Part shown: positions 1-9,114 of the stretch, piece by piece | Layout of the letters: each line of letters opens with the position of its first letter | How positions within the stretch are numbered: the stretch's first letter is position 1 | Source: Candidatus Bathyarchaeia archaeon | Lineage (GTDB): Archaea > Thermoproteota > Bathyarchaeia > Bathyarchaeales > Bathycorpusculaceae | Length of the DNA: 34,975 bases | Reading direction: 5' to 3' | Assembly (NCBI GenBank): GCA_050010515.1 | Contig: JBEKKX010000025.1 | Coordinates: 1-34,975 of the forward strand | Made by a program: the position numbers and the translations under genes | The notes under the pieces: model-generated | Databases searched by the model: none | What the model was told of the DNA's origin: nothing | The model's input: only the letters and a program-made list of their open reading frames with translations

Positions 1-288
1 GGTCTCAGATTCGGAGAAATGGAACGAGACTGCCTCATAGGTCATGGCGCTGCCATGCTGCTCAGAGACAGATTGCTGGAAGAGTCCGACAAGTACACGC
101 TCTACATCTGCGAGAACTGTGGTCAAATCGCTTACTTCGACATGAAACAAAGACGCTATGTCTGCAGGATTTGTGACGAAAAAGCAAAGATTTCACCCGT
201 AATCGTCTCGTACGCTTTCAAGCTTCTATTACAGGAGCTTCAAAGCTTGTGCATTACACCAAAATTAAGACTTAAGGAGAAGGCATAA
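1..288 (+). CDS. rpoB: DNA-directed RNA polymerase subunit B, C-terminal part (5' truncated by window)
   Basis: Frame from base 1 reads GLRFGEMERD...CENC...CRIC...SYAFKLLLQELQS, the conserved RpoB C-terminal and Zn motifs. Confidence 0.97.
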   Translation, partial: GLRFGEMERDCLIGHGAAMLLRDRLLEESDKYTLYICENCGQIAYFDMKQRRYVCRICDEKAKISPVIVSYAFKLLLQELQSLCITPKLRLKEKA

Positions 289-289
289 C

Positions 290-3200
290 ATGTCAACGGA
301 AGAATTAATCCATAAAATAGTTGATGAAATCTCATTCGGTTTAATTTCACCTAAAGATCTTCGTAAACAATCAGTCGTTGAAATCCAAACCCCAGACACC
401 TACGACGAAGACGGCGCACCCATCACCGCTGGCTTAATGGATGGCAGACTAGGCACACTTGAGCCAAGGCAAAGGTGCAAAACATGCGGTAACACAGCCA
501 TTCGTTGCCCGGGACACTTTGGACACATCGAACTAGCCGTACCAATCGTGCATATAGAATTTACAAAAATTATCTTCGACATTTTGAAAGCCACCTGCCG
601 CAGCTGCGGTCGCATACTCTTATCCGAAGACGGTTCCAAAAAGGCACGCGCCCGAATCGAACGGTACAGCGAGCTCTTAGGCACAATTCCAGATGAAGTT
701 TACAAGGAAATAATGACTGAAATTAAAGCTAAACAATGCCCCTACTGTGCCTCAGCGCAGTACAAGATTACATTTGAAAAACCAACAAAGTTTATCGAGC
801 AGACTGAAGCAGGCTCCGAGCCATTGACACCCAGCATGATTCGTGAAAGGCTTGAACGCGTCTCAGACGAAGACCTTGAAATCTTAGGTTTCAACCCAAA
901 AGTTGCACGCCCAGAATGGATGGTCCTGCAGGTTTTGCCTGTACCCCCAGTTTACGTTCGCCCATCAATCACTTTAGAATCAGGCATCCGCTCTGAAGAC
1001 GATTTAACCCATAAACTAGTAGACATCATTCGCATTAATCAGCGTTTGAAGGAGAACATGGAAGCGGGTGCACCTACGCTTATCATTCAAGACCTTTCTG
1101 AGCTTTTGCAGTACCATGTTACCACGTACTTTAACAATGAAGCTTCAGGCATTCCGCCGGCAAGGCACCGCAGCGGCCGCGCATTAAAAACTCTCTCGCA
1201 AAGGCTTAAGGGAAAGGAAGGCCGCTTCAGAAGCAACCTTTCAGGCAAACGAGTTGACTTTTCAGCACGCACCGTCATCTCTCCTGACCCGAACCTTGAC
1301 ATTAACGAGGTTGGTGTTCCAGTAGATATTGCCATGCGGTTATCTATTCCAGAAAAAGTCACAGCATGGAACATTGACGAACTGAAGAAACTCGTAATTA
1401 ACGGTCCAGAAAACTATCCTGGCGCATTATACATTATTAGGCCAGATGGCAAGCGCATTAGGCTTGAATTCGTTGTTGACCGAACAAAAATCGCTGAAGC
1501 TGTAGAGTTAGGATTCGTAGTTGAACGTCACCTCAAGAATGGTGACATTGCAATCTTTAATCGGCAGCCTTCACTTCACCGCATGTCCATCATGGCTCAT
1601 TACGTGCGGGTTTTGCCGTACAAGACCTTCCGCCTCCACCTCTGCGTTTGCCCACCCTACAACGCTGACTTTGACGGCGACGAAATGAACCTTCACGTTC
1701 CACAAAGCGAAGAAGCACGAACCGAAGCACTCCTGCTAATGCAGGTTCAAGATCAAATCCTCTCACCCAGATTCGGCGGACCCATCATCGGTGCAATAAG
1801 GGACTTTATCACAAGCGCCTACTACTTCACTCGAAGAGGAAACTACCTGACCAGAGGCGAAGTTAACAGGCTACTAACCACAACAGGATACGTTGGGGAA
1901 CTGCCAGAACCAGAAATTAAGGAGCCGCAACCCATGTGGTCAGGCAAACAAATATTCAGCCTGTTTCTGCCAAAAACATTGAATTACGTTCTTAAAGCCA
2001 ACATTTGCCAAGGCTGTACAAAATGCGAAGAAGAAGCATGCAAATACGACGCTTATGTAGTGGTCAGAAATGGCCAGTTAGTCTCAGGCGTTATCGACCG
2101 GCGCTCTATAGGTGCTGAGCAATCTGAAAGTCTCCTTCACAGAATAATCAAAGACTATGGCACCCAAGCAGGACGAGAATTCCTCAACAATATAACTCAT
2201 CTGCTAAAACTATACATTTCAATGCGAGGATTCAGCTACACCTACGATCAACTTGTTCTCTCGCCGAGAGCCCGCAATCGCATGGCAAAGACCATGGAAC
2301 GTATCCAAAAGAAAATCGATGATCTCATCGAAAACTACCGCAATGGAACCCTACCGCGCCTGCCAGGACAAACCTTAGAGGAATCCTTCGAAATCTACGT
2401 TATGCATGAACTTGCCACAGCCAGAGACGAATCAGGCAAAATAGCAGACGAAGACTTCACACTAGAAAACGCGGGCATCGTCATGACCCGAACAGGCGCA
2501 AGAGGCTCAAGCTTAAACATTGGCCAAATGGCTGCTTGCGTTGGGCAACAATCAGTGCGAGGCAAACGTATCATGCGAGGCTACACTGGACGAGCGCTGC
2601 CCCACTTTGTTGATGGCGATCCAAGTCCACGAGCAAGAGGCTTCGTTTATAACTCTTACCAGACAGGTTTGGACGCGATTGAATTCTTCTTCCATGCTAT
2701 GGGTGGCAGGGAAGGTCTAGTGGACACTGCAGTTCGCACTCAACAGAGCGGTTACATGCAGCGCAGGCTAATCAACGCTTTAGAGCATATTCGTTTGGAA
2801 TACGACAGCACGGTACGTGATTCAGCCGGCGACATCATTCAGTTTAGTTATGGTGAAGACGGTGTTGACCCAGCTAAAAGTGACCATGGCAAAGCGGTAA
2901 ACGTAAGCCGACTTATTGACCAAATAAAAATCGGCGAAGAAAAGGGTGAAGCAGCATCTGCTGAGGAAATCAAGAAGCAGTTGAAACGCGTTGACGGTCA
3001 GCTTACGCCGATTTTGATGAGTCAGCTTAAACAAAACTTCGCGAAGAACAAGCTTACCAAGAAAAGTGTTGAAAAAGCTACAACCTCGACTGCTGAGCAA
3101 TACAAGCGTGCTTTAATGGAGCCTGGTGAAGCAGTAGGAATCGTTGCTGCTCAATCAATAGGTGAACCAGGTACGCAGATGACTCTTAGAACCTTCCACT

Positions 3201-4123
3201 ATGCTGGTGTCAAAGAACAAAACGTTACTTTAGGCTTGCCAAGGCTCATCGAAATTGTTGATGCACGTAGGATTCCGTCTACGCCAATCATGACTATCTA
3301 CTTAATGGGAGAAGCTGCGAAGAGCAAAGAGGGCGCTGTTGAAGTCGCAAGGAACATAATTTACACTTCAGTCGAAAACTTGGCTTCGGCAATCTACGAA
3401 GACCCTGTGCGTGAAGAAATCGTTATTGAATTAAGCAAGTCAATGATGGATGACAGAAATATAACAATGGATGAGCTGAAAGAGCGGTTGGAATTGCAAA
3501 ATGCAACAGTTACAATCACTGATTATACGGTGCAGATTAAGCCGAAAAAAGCTGAACAGCTAAAGAGGATGTTAACCAAGATTCCAGGTTTTCAAATTAA
3601 AGGTGTACCTGACATTAAACGGGTGCTGGTTACTGAAGAAAGCGGAGAATGGGTAATACGCACTGACGGCTCAAACTTGTCTAAAGTCTTAGAAGTTCAT
3701 GGTGTGGATACTTCACGAACAAGCACCAACAACATTCACGAAATAGCTAAAACTCTCGGTGTGGAAGCTTCAAGAAACGCGTTAGTTAACGAGGCAAAAG
3801 GCGTCTTGGAAGACCAAGGCTTAGATGTTGATGTACGCCACGTTATGCTCGTAGCAGACATGATGACAACAACTGGCGATGTGCAGCAAATCGGCAGGCA
3901 TGGCATTAGCGGCAAGAAAGCAAGTGTTTTAGCCCGCGCGGCATTCGAAATTACAGTGCCTAACATTGTTGAAGCGGCTGTGAAAGGTGAAATTGACCCG
4001 TTGGCAGGTGTAACAGAAAACGTTATAGTCGGGCAGTCGATACCAATCGGCACAGGCTTAGTTGAATTGTACATGTCAACATTTGACAAACAAGCTAAAC
4101 AAGGAGGAAAAACAGAAGCATGA
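290..4123 (+). CDS. rpoA: DNA-directed RNA polymerase largest subunit, A' and A'' fused in one 1277-aa ORF
   Basis: CPGHFGHIELA, catalytic YNADFDGDEMN, then in the same frame the A'' motifs EPGEAVGIVAAQSIGEPGTQMTLRTFH and GVTENVIVGQ. Confidence 0.98.
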   Translation: MSTEELIHKIVDEISFGLISPKDLRKQSVVEIQTPDTYDEDGAPITAGLMDGRLGTLEPRQRCKTCGNTAIRCPGHFGHIELAVPIVHIEFTKIIFDILKATCRSCGRILLSEDGSKKARARIERYSELLGTIPDEVYKEIMTEIKAKQCPYCASAQYKITFEKPTKFIEQTEAGSEPLTPSMIRERLERVSDEDLEILGFNPKVARPEWMVLQVLPVPPVYVRPSITLESGIRSEDDLTHKLVDIIRINQRLKENMEAGAPTLIIQDLSELLQYHVTTYFNNEASGIPPARHRSGRALKTLSQRLKGKEGRFRSNLSGKRVDFSARTVISPDPNLDINEVGVPVDIAMRLSIPEKVTAWNIDELKKLVINGPENYPGALYIIRPDGKRIRLEFVVDRTKIAEAVELGFVVERHLKNGDIAIFNRQPSLHRMSIMAHYVRVLPYKTFRLHLCVCPPYNADFDGDEMNLHVPQSEEARTEALLLMQVQDQILSPRFGGPIIGAIRDFITSAYYFTRRGNYLTRGEVNRLLTTTGYVGELPEPEIKEPQPMWSGKQIFSLFLPKTLNYVLKANICQGCTKCEEEACKYDAYVVVRNGQLVSGVIDRRSIGAEQSESLLHRIIKDYGTQAGREFLNNITHLLKLYISMRGFSYTYDQLVLSPRARNRMAKTMERIQKKIDDLIENYRNGTLPRLPGQTLEESFEIYVMHELATARDESGKIADEDFTLENAGIVMTRTGARGSSLNIGQMAACVGQQSVRGKRIMRGYTGRALPHFVDGDPSPRARGFVYNSYQTGLDAIEFFFHAMGGREGLVDTAVRTQQSGYMQRRLINALEHIRLEYDSTVRDSAGDIIQFSYGEDGVDPAKSDHGKAVNVSRLIDQIKIGEEKGEAASAEEIKKQLKRVDGQLTPILMSQLKQNFAKNKLTKKSVEKATTSTAEQYKRALMEPGEAVGIVAAQSIGEPGTQMTLRTFHYAGVKEQNVTLGLPRLIEIVDARRIPSTPIMTIYLMGEAAKSKEGAVEVARNIIYTSVENLASAIYEDPVREEIVIELSKSMMDDRNITMDELKERLELQNATVTITDYTVQIKPKKAEQLKRMLTKIPGFQIKGVPDIKRVLVTEESGEWVIRTDGSNLSKVLEVHGVDTSRTSTNNIHEIAKTLGVEASRNALVNEAKGVLEDQGLDVDVRHVMLVADMMTTTGDVQQIGRHGISGKKASVLARAAFEITVPNIVEAAVKGEIDPLAGVTENVIVGQSIPIGTGLVELYMSTFDKQAKQGGKTEA

Positions 4124-4431
4124 TAGATATAGATAAAGCGTTAGCGACAGCAGTGAAAACTGGCAAAGTATCCTTTGGAGCCAACGTTGCATTGCAGAAC
4201 GCTAAAACTGGCAAGGCTAAGATGATTGTTTTAGCCTCTAACTGTCCAAAAGACATAAAAGAACAGATAGAATACTATGGAGAAATCTCTAAAGTCCCCG
4301 TGATGACGTACAAAGGTGGCTCAATGGATTTAGCGGAAGTCTGCAAAAAACTCTTTATTATATCAGCCTTAAGCATTAGAGAAACTGGGGATTCAGAAAT
4401 TCTCAAATTAACTGAAGAAGTTAAGGGATAA
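4120..4431 (+). CDS. rpl30e: 50S ribosomal protein L30e
   Basis: AVKTGKVSFG...KMIVLASNCP...GDSEIL motifs; ATGA overlap with rpoA; canonical gene order. Confidence 0.95.
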   Translation: MIDIDKALATAVKTGKVSFGANVALQNAKTGKAKMIVLASNCPKDIKEQIEYYGEISKVPVMTYKGGSMDLAEVCKKLFIISALSIRETGDSEILKLTEEVKG

Positions 4432-4448
4432 AAAATGGAGGAGAAAAA

Positions 4449-4886
4449 CTGACAACCGGCATAAAAATCACCTGCGACGAAATGCGTTACATTGCATTGT
4501 TTGAAAGCATAAGCGGTGCCAGCGTGAAAGACTGCATAATCGACGAAGTAGAGCAACGAGCAATATTCATCGTCAACCAAGGTCAAGTGGGCGTTGCCAT
4601 AGGAAAAGGCGGCAGAAACATCCACACACTCGAGCGAATGACGGGCAAAAAACACGAAATCATCGAGTACAGCGAAGACCCAGTTCAATTCATGAAAAAC
4701 GCCCTAAAGCCAGCAGCAGTCAGAGAAGTACGCGTTACCGAGCGAACTGATGGCAAAAAGATGGCAGTCATCACCGTCAACCCCAAAGATAAGGGCGTCG
4801 CAATAGGCAAAAACGGCAAAAATGCCGAACGTCTACGCTTTTTAGCAAAGCGCTATTTCGACATTCAGAACGTAAGCATCACCTAA
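4449..4886 (+). CDS. nusA: Archaeal NusA (two KH domains); probable CTG start at 4449 rather than ATG 4482
   Basis: AIGKGGRNI and AIGKNGKN KH motifs; conserved IKITCDE segment lies in frame upstream of ATG 4482; GGAGGAG RBS at 4437-4443. Confidence 0.93.
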   Translation: MTTGIKITCDEMRYIALFESISGASVKDCIIDEVEQRAIFIVNQGQVGVAIGKGGRNIHTLERMTGKKHEIIEYSEDPVQFMKNALKPAAVREVRVTERTDGKKMAVITVNPKDKGVAIGKNGKNAERLRFLAKRYFDIQNVSIT

Positions 4887-5159
4887 ACAGTCCGTAACTT
4901 GCTGACTAGGCGATGAAACGCCGCTGAATCAAGTCTTATGTATTCCTAAGCCTAATTAGTAAACAGCATAACGTATGCCTGAACATCGAAGGCATTTACC
5001 TACTAATGTATGACAAGTTTTTATTGTTGCTTGTTGATGTTTTATCACAAAACCACTTAAGTACTTTATAAGTTGATGGGACATAGCTATGGATTAACTA
5101 GATCAAAATCAAATAAACTTTAAAATCCTTATAAGTTCAAAATCACTCTTTTATTTGCT

Positions 5160-5438
5160 ATGTCTATCCAAGTACCTCTTCCTATTCTTATCACTAAGGA
5201 AAACAAGTGGTTCGTTGCTTCATGCCCAATTTTGGATATTGCTACCCAAGGTAAGACAGAAAAAGAAGTTAAAGAAAACATGACCGCGCTCATAAACGAT
5301 TATTTTAGCGACCCCGATACTCAAAAGCCGTCTATGGAAGATTTGATGTTTCTTTCGCTGACCAATATTCCTGTTAAAATACCCGAAGGTGTCATCCATA
5401 GTAAAGCTTCGACCACTGCCACAGCGAAAGGTAATTGA
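5160..5438 (+). CDS. hicB: HicB-like antitoxin (UPF0150 family)
   Basis: KENKWFVASCPILDIATQGKTEKEVKENM matches the HicB N-terminal pattern; overlaps a hicA-like frame. Confidence 0.8.
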   Translation: MSIQVPLPILITKENKWFVASCPILDIATQGKTEKEVKENMTALINDYFSDPDTQKPSMEDLMFLSLTNIPVKIPEGVIHSKASTTATAKGN

Positions 5439-5612
5439 GATATTACGTTCAAACGGTTTTGAGGAAGTACGATCAGGCAAGCATATTACTTTCAAGAAGA
5501 AAGGGGCGAGAGGGTGCTAACAACATGGGTGCCACATCATAGAGAAGTCACCGTTTTCGTAATACAATACATCATTAAACAAACTGAAAAAGAACGCTCC
5601 GAATTTGAATAA
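5389..5612 (+). pseudogene. hicA: HicA-like toxin, frameshifted
   Basis: GTG 5389 frame gives KLRPLPQRKVIEILRSNGFEEVRSGKHITFKKKG and stops at 5520; the -1 frame from about 5505 continues GERVLTTWVPHHREVTVFVIQYIIKQTEKERSEFE* to 5612; break at the G4 run 5503-5506. Confidence 0.8.
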
Positions 5613-5732
5613 AGCAAAAAGGCACTGATTAAACTAAACGAATTTTCTCAGCCATGCTTTAGGCGGGTTTAGGTTTTAGAGGCAATAAAGAACATCTAAC
5701 GCCCGAGAGTTTTAGCTATTCCCTGTGTCAGC

Positions 5733-6395
5733 TTACTCTTTGTCTTCTTGTTGTTCTGTCGCTTCTTCTTCCTCTGACTCTTCAGAAGGTTCAGCGGTTT
5801 CTGCCTTTTGTGCGTCACTTGAGAGCAGCATGTTGATTAGCGCTTTCTGGTCAACTTCTGCCCTTGTTCTCCAATCTAGAAACATTTGTCCATTATCATC
5901 TTGTCCTAGGTAGCCGTAGCGAATGTACCTCTCGATGTTTAAGCCAATTTTCCAGTTGGGCATTTTCTCGGCAAGGAGTTTTTCAACGTCTTTTCGTGAT
6001 GTTTGACCTTTTTTGCTGATTATGTACGAGATTGTTATGGCTAAGCCTGCTAAGTCGTCAATGCGCCAGCCCATCAACTTATCCTTTGTCGCCAAATCGC
6101 CGCGCAGGGCAACGTAGAATCTTGCTTTGTCAAGCTCCTCTAATGTTGGTTTTTCAGGAGTTTTTTCTTCTTCAAAAACTGTTTTTACCTGTAAATCCAG
6201 CGGTTTTAGGTAATCGTCAAGTAAATCAAGCACTTTAGGGTAATCTGAACCTAACGCTTTACGCAGTTCCCAGCCTTTAACGCCTGGTTTCTGGTGCCGC
6301 TTGTAGAAGAGCATCTGCGTTGCTTTCTTGATTTTGCTGCCGTAAACGCCTTTTCTTTTGCTCAATCCAATTCGCCTCTTTTCCATTTCTGCCAA
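5733..6395 (-). CDS. Kite-family (ScpB/Nse1/Nse3-like) tandem winged-helix subunit of an SMC complex
   Basis: Third gene of the SMC operon; LLDDYLKPLDLQV...YVAL...GYLGQDDNGQMFLDWRTRAEV resembles Nse1/MAGE motifs; acidic tail; start may be ATG 6386 or TTG nearer 6366. Confidence 0.7.
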   Translation of the reverse strand: MAEMEKRRIGLSKRKGVYGSKIKKATQMLFYKRHQKPGVKGWELRKALGSDYPKVLDLLDDYLKPLDLQVKTVFEEEKTPEKPTLEELDKARFYVALRGDLATKDKLMGWRIDDLAGLAITISYIISKKGQTSRKDVEKLLAEKMPNWKIGLNIERYIRYGYLGQDDNGQMFLDWRTRAEVDQKALINMLLSSDAQKAETAEPSEESEEEEATEQQEDKE

Positions 6396-7192
6396 TCTTC
6401 ACATGAGACGGCGATGGCAACTGATGTTGATTGTTGAGTTAAGATTTCCGTTTTCGGTTTATCGAAGGGTTTTATGAAAACTAGCTCTTCTAATCTGTCA
6501 ATCTCCAGCGTTGCGTAACCGTAAGTAACAAGAAAACTCGTTAAGAAAGCTCTTTGAACTGTTTCTTCGTAAGTGTCAGCTCCAATAAAATCCCAATAAT
6601 TAATTTTTCCGTCCTGTCCTTTCTTAATAACGCACTCTCTGAGTTCTTGCCAGTAACAATTCAATTCCTCAGAAAATTCCCTATCACCTAAGACTCCCTG
6701 CTTAATCAGTTCGTCCCTGCTTGCAAAACCCATCGAAACCTCAGCGGCATCAAGGTCTTTCCATCTTTCACTAAGAGGAGCCAACGCTTCCCAATAGAGC
6801 AATCCCTGTGCCAAAGTGTTGAGGCTAATTTGTTCAAACTCGATCAGTGGATTCCAAGCTTTAAGAAAAACGTTAACCATCTCTTGCTTGCCTATTTGTA
6901 GGATTTTTTCTTCCAACAAAAACGGGTCAGTATAAAGCGAAGTTGACCGTTGCTTGACCCATTCACTCTGCAATTTAATAACCGAAGCTAAGTGGTGAAG
7001 TGTTTCAGCGTCTAGTTTTAACTCGTCAGGGTGTTCCCAATGGGGAAAATACTCTCTAACTATTTTGATTATTTCGTCAATATTTAGTGTGAAGGGGTCT
7101 GCTGTGTGGTTTTCGATGGCGATGCACATTTCAATTATGCGTTCAAGCCTTTCTTTGCCTAGCGCCTTGTGTTGTTTTGTTGACTGCATCAC
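6362..7192 (-). CDS. Kleisin (ScpA/Nse4-like) subunit of an SMC complex
   Basis: N-terminal DPFTLNIDEII (ScpA-like); C-terminal INYWDFIGADTYEETVQRAFLTSFLVTYG resembles the Nse4 C-terminal winged helix; ATGA overlap with smc. Confidence 0.72.
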   Translation of the reverse strand: MMQSTKQHKALGKERLERIIEMCIAIENHTADPFTLNIDEIIKIVREYFPHWEHPDELKLDAETLHHLASVIKLQSEWVKQRSTSLYTDPFLLEEKILQIGKQEMVNVFLKAWNPLIEFEQISLNTLAQGLLYWEALAPLSERWKDLDAAEVSMGFASRDELIKQGVLGDREFSEELNCYWQELRECVIKKGQDGKINYWDFIGADTYEETVQRAFLTSFLVTYGYATLEIDRLEELVFIKPFDKPKTEILTQQSTSVAIAVSCEDWQKWKRGELD

Positions 7193-9114
7193 GCGGCTAC
7201 CTCACGCACGACTGATTTTCCTTCAAGGTTCTGAACAGTAATGACGTTAGCATCTTGCTGGGCAAAAGTGATTTGGCTTGGAGTGATTACCACGTATTGA
7301 GTGTTCGCGTCTTTAATAATGGAAAGAAGGATTTTCGCTATCATTTCGCGGTTTTTAGGGTCCATGTGAATGTCATATTCGTCTACTGCTCGGAATGGTG
7401 AGCGTACATGCTGCTGCAGGGCTAAGAGAAAACTCATGGTTGCCGTGGTTCGCTCGCCGCCGCTTTGCGTGTAAGCGTCTAGTGCTACTGGTTTTCCACC
7501 TTTGAAGCCAACGAGGATGTCTAACCCAGCGGTTTCAATATCCTGCGGATTCGATAGTTGCACTTCTCCTGTTGCTGAAGTTTGGCTCATGATTTTTTGG
7601 TATTCCAAGTTGACGCGGTCAAGGAGGTTCTGCATGACGGTTCGCCATGTTTGCATTCTGGTTTTGACTTCTTCAAGGGTTTTCTCTCGGTTTTCAGCTA
7701 CAAGTTGTGCTTTTTCTTTTAGCTCCAAGTAAAGTTTCGAGTAGGATTCATACTGGCGTTCTATGTCCTCTGACACGTCAGCGAGAGCTGCTATGTGCCC
7801 GTTTGTTAAGCTGATTTCGTCTTGGATTTCAAAGGCGCTTTTTAGGACTGCTATTCGTTCACCTGACTGCTGAGCCTTAAGAATTGTTGCTTTTAGGTTT
7901 TCTTCAGCTTCCCTCAGTGACTTTTCAAAATCTTTTAGGTTGACGATTGCGTTTGCACGCTTAAACTCAAGCAGGGCAAGGTTTACTCGTTTCTCTAACA
8001 CTTCGCCTGTAACCTTGTCAGCTGATTCTTCCAGATTGAGCATTTTTGCTTGGTTTTCTTTAACTTGCTCGCTAGCCTTGATGATTTGCTGCTGCGAGTT
8101 TTTCAGCATTTCTTTGAGGTTTTCGCTTCTGAGCAGCTTAAGTTGGCTTTTGTTGTTCTGAATTGCTTGAGCCAGCGTTTGTGTTTCTTCAAGCAACTGT
8201 TGAATCAGTGATTGTGCGATTTGGTTTTGGGCGATTTGGTGTTCAAGGCTTAATCGTTCATCAAATGATGTCCTTGCTTCTTTTTTTAGCGCTTCCTGCT
8301 GTCTCTGCTGACTGTTTAACTGGTTGGTTATTGCTTGCTTTTCCCCTTCGATTTTGCTTAACGCGTCTTTGTTTTTGTTTAAGTTTGATTGTAAGCTTTT
8401 AACTATGCCTTCCCGTCTTTCAACTTCTGCCCAAGTTAATTCTCGGTCCAGAAATCTGCGTTTAATCTGAAGTTGCTTTTTTTCTTGGTATTTTTCGTAT
8501 TGTTCACGCCAGTAATTGAGCGTTTGCTGGGCTGATTCTAAAAGTTTGCTTACGGATTCTTCTTGTGTGAGAATTCGCATAAGTTTTGTTTTTGCTTGCA
8601 GGACGTTTTCGCGGAACGGTTCTAAGCCGACTGCTTCTTCAACCATGCGAAGTTTTTCTGTGTTGCTCAGCACGGTGAATTGTTCAACCATGTTCTGATG
8701 CATGATGATAAGCATGTTGTCGGGGTCAACGCCGAACCTGCCGAGTAACCGTTCAACATCTTGTTTGCCGACAGCTCGGTTTTCAAGCTCAAACCCGTAT
8801 TTGCCGTCACGGCGCAAAACGCGGGTTAAGAAAAGTTGGTCTTTTTGGTATTTTGGTACTGGACGCTTGTTTCCTTGTTTGCTGTTATCTAAAATAAGCG
8901 TTACCCGCGCCTGGTCTTGTCCCCACCTGATTAAATCGCTAAGTTTTCTTGAGCGTTCAGTATATGATTGTCCCAAGCCAACCGATATTGCCAGTAGCAG
9001 AGAGGATTTTCCTGCCCCGTTGGGTCCGCCGATTACGTTTACGCCTTGTTTAAACGGTACCCTAGCGTACTCGTAACTCATGAAATTTTCAAGTATAACT
9101 TCTTGGATTAGCAT
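7189..9114 (-). CDS. Short SMC-family ATPase, Smc5/6-like (coalescin/ClsN-type size), 641 aa
   Basis: LENFMSY, Walker A GPNGAGKS, Q-loop DNMLIIMHQ, long coiled coil, signature QSGGER, Walker B/D-loop PFRAVDEYDIHMD. Confidence 0.92.
   Translation of the reverse strand: MLIQEVILENFMSYEYARVPFKQGVNVIGGPNGAGKSSLLLAISVGLGQSYTERSRKLSDLIRWGQDQARVTLILDNSKQGNKRPVPKYQKDQLFLTRVLRRDGKYGFELENRAVGKQDVERLLGRFGVDPDNMLIIMHQNMVEQFTVLSNTEKLRMVEEAVGLEPFRENVLQAKTKLMRILTQEESVSKLLESAQQTLNYWREQYEKYQEKKQLQIKRRFLDRELTWAEVERREGIVKSLQSNLNKNKDALSKIEGEKQAITNQLNSQQRQQEALKKEARTSFDERLSLEHQIAQNQIAQSLIQQLLEETQTLAQAIQNNKSQLKLLRSENLKEMLKNSQQQIIKASEQVKENQAKMLNLEESADKVTGEVLEKRVNLALLEFKRANAIVNLKDFEKSLREAEENLKATILKAQQSGERIAVLKSAFEIQDEISLTNGHIAALADVSEDIERQYESYSKLYLELKEKAQLVAENREKTLEEVKTRMQTWRTVMQNLLDRVNLEYQKIMSQTSATGEVQLSNPQDIETAGLDILVGFKGGKPVALDAYTQSGGERTTATMSFLLALQQHVRSPFRAVDEYDIHMDPKNREMIAKILLSIIKDANTQYVVITPSQITFAQQDANVITVQNLEGKSVVREVAA

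Noticed and set aside
4890-4935. C/D-box sRNA, fluoride riboswitch or hammerhead after nusA (CTGA..GGCGATGAAACGCC..CTGA)
   Set aside because: No upstream C box, a guide of only 7 nt, and no pseudoknot partner or CUGANGA core
5733-9114. Wadjet/MksBEFG defence system or Rad50
   Set aside because: No JetD/Toprim nuclease, the SMC gene comes first, no CxxC hook and no adjacent mre11
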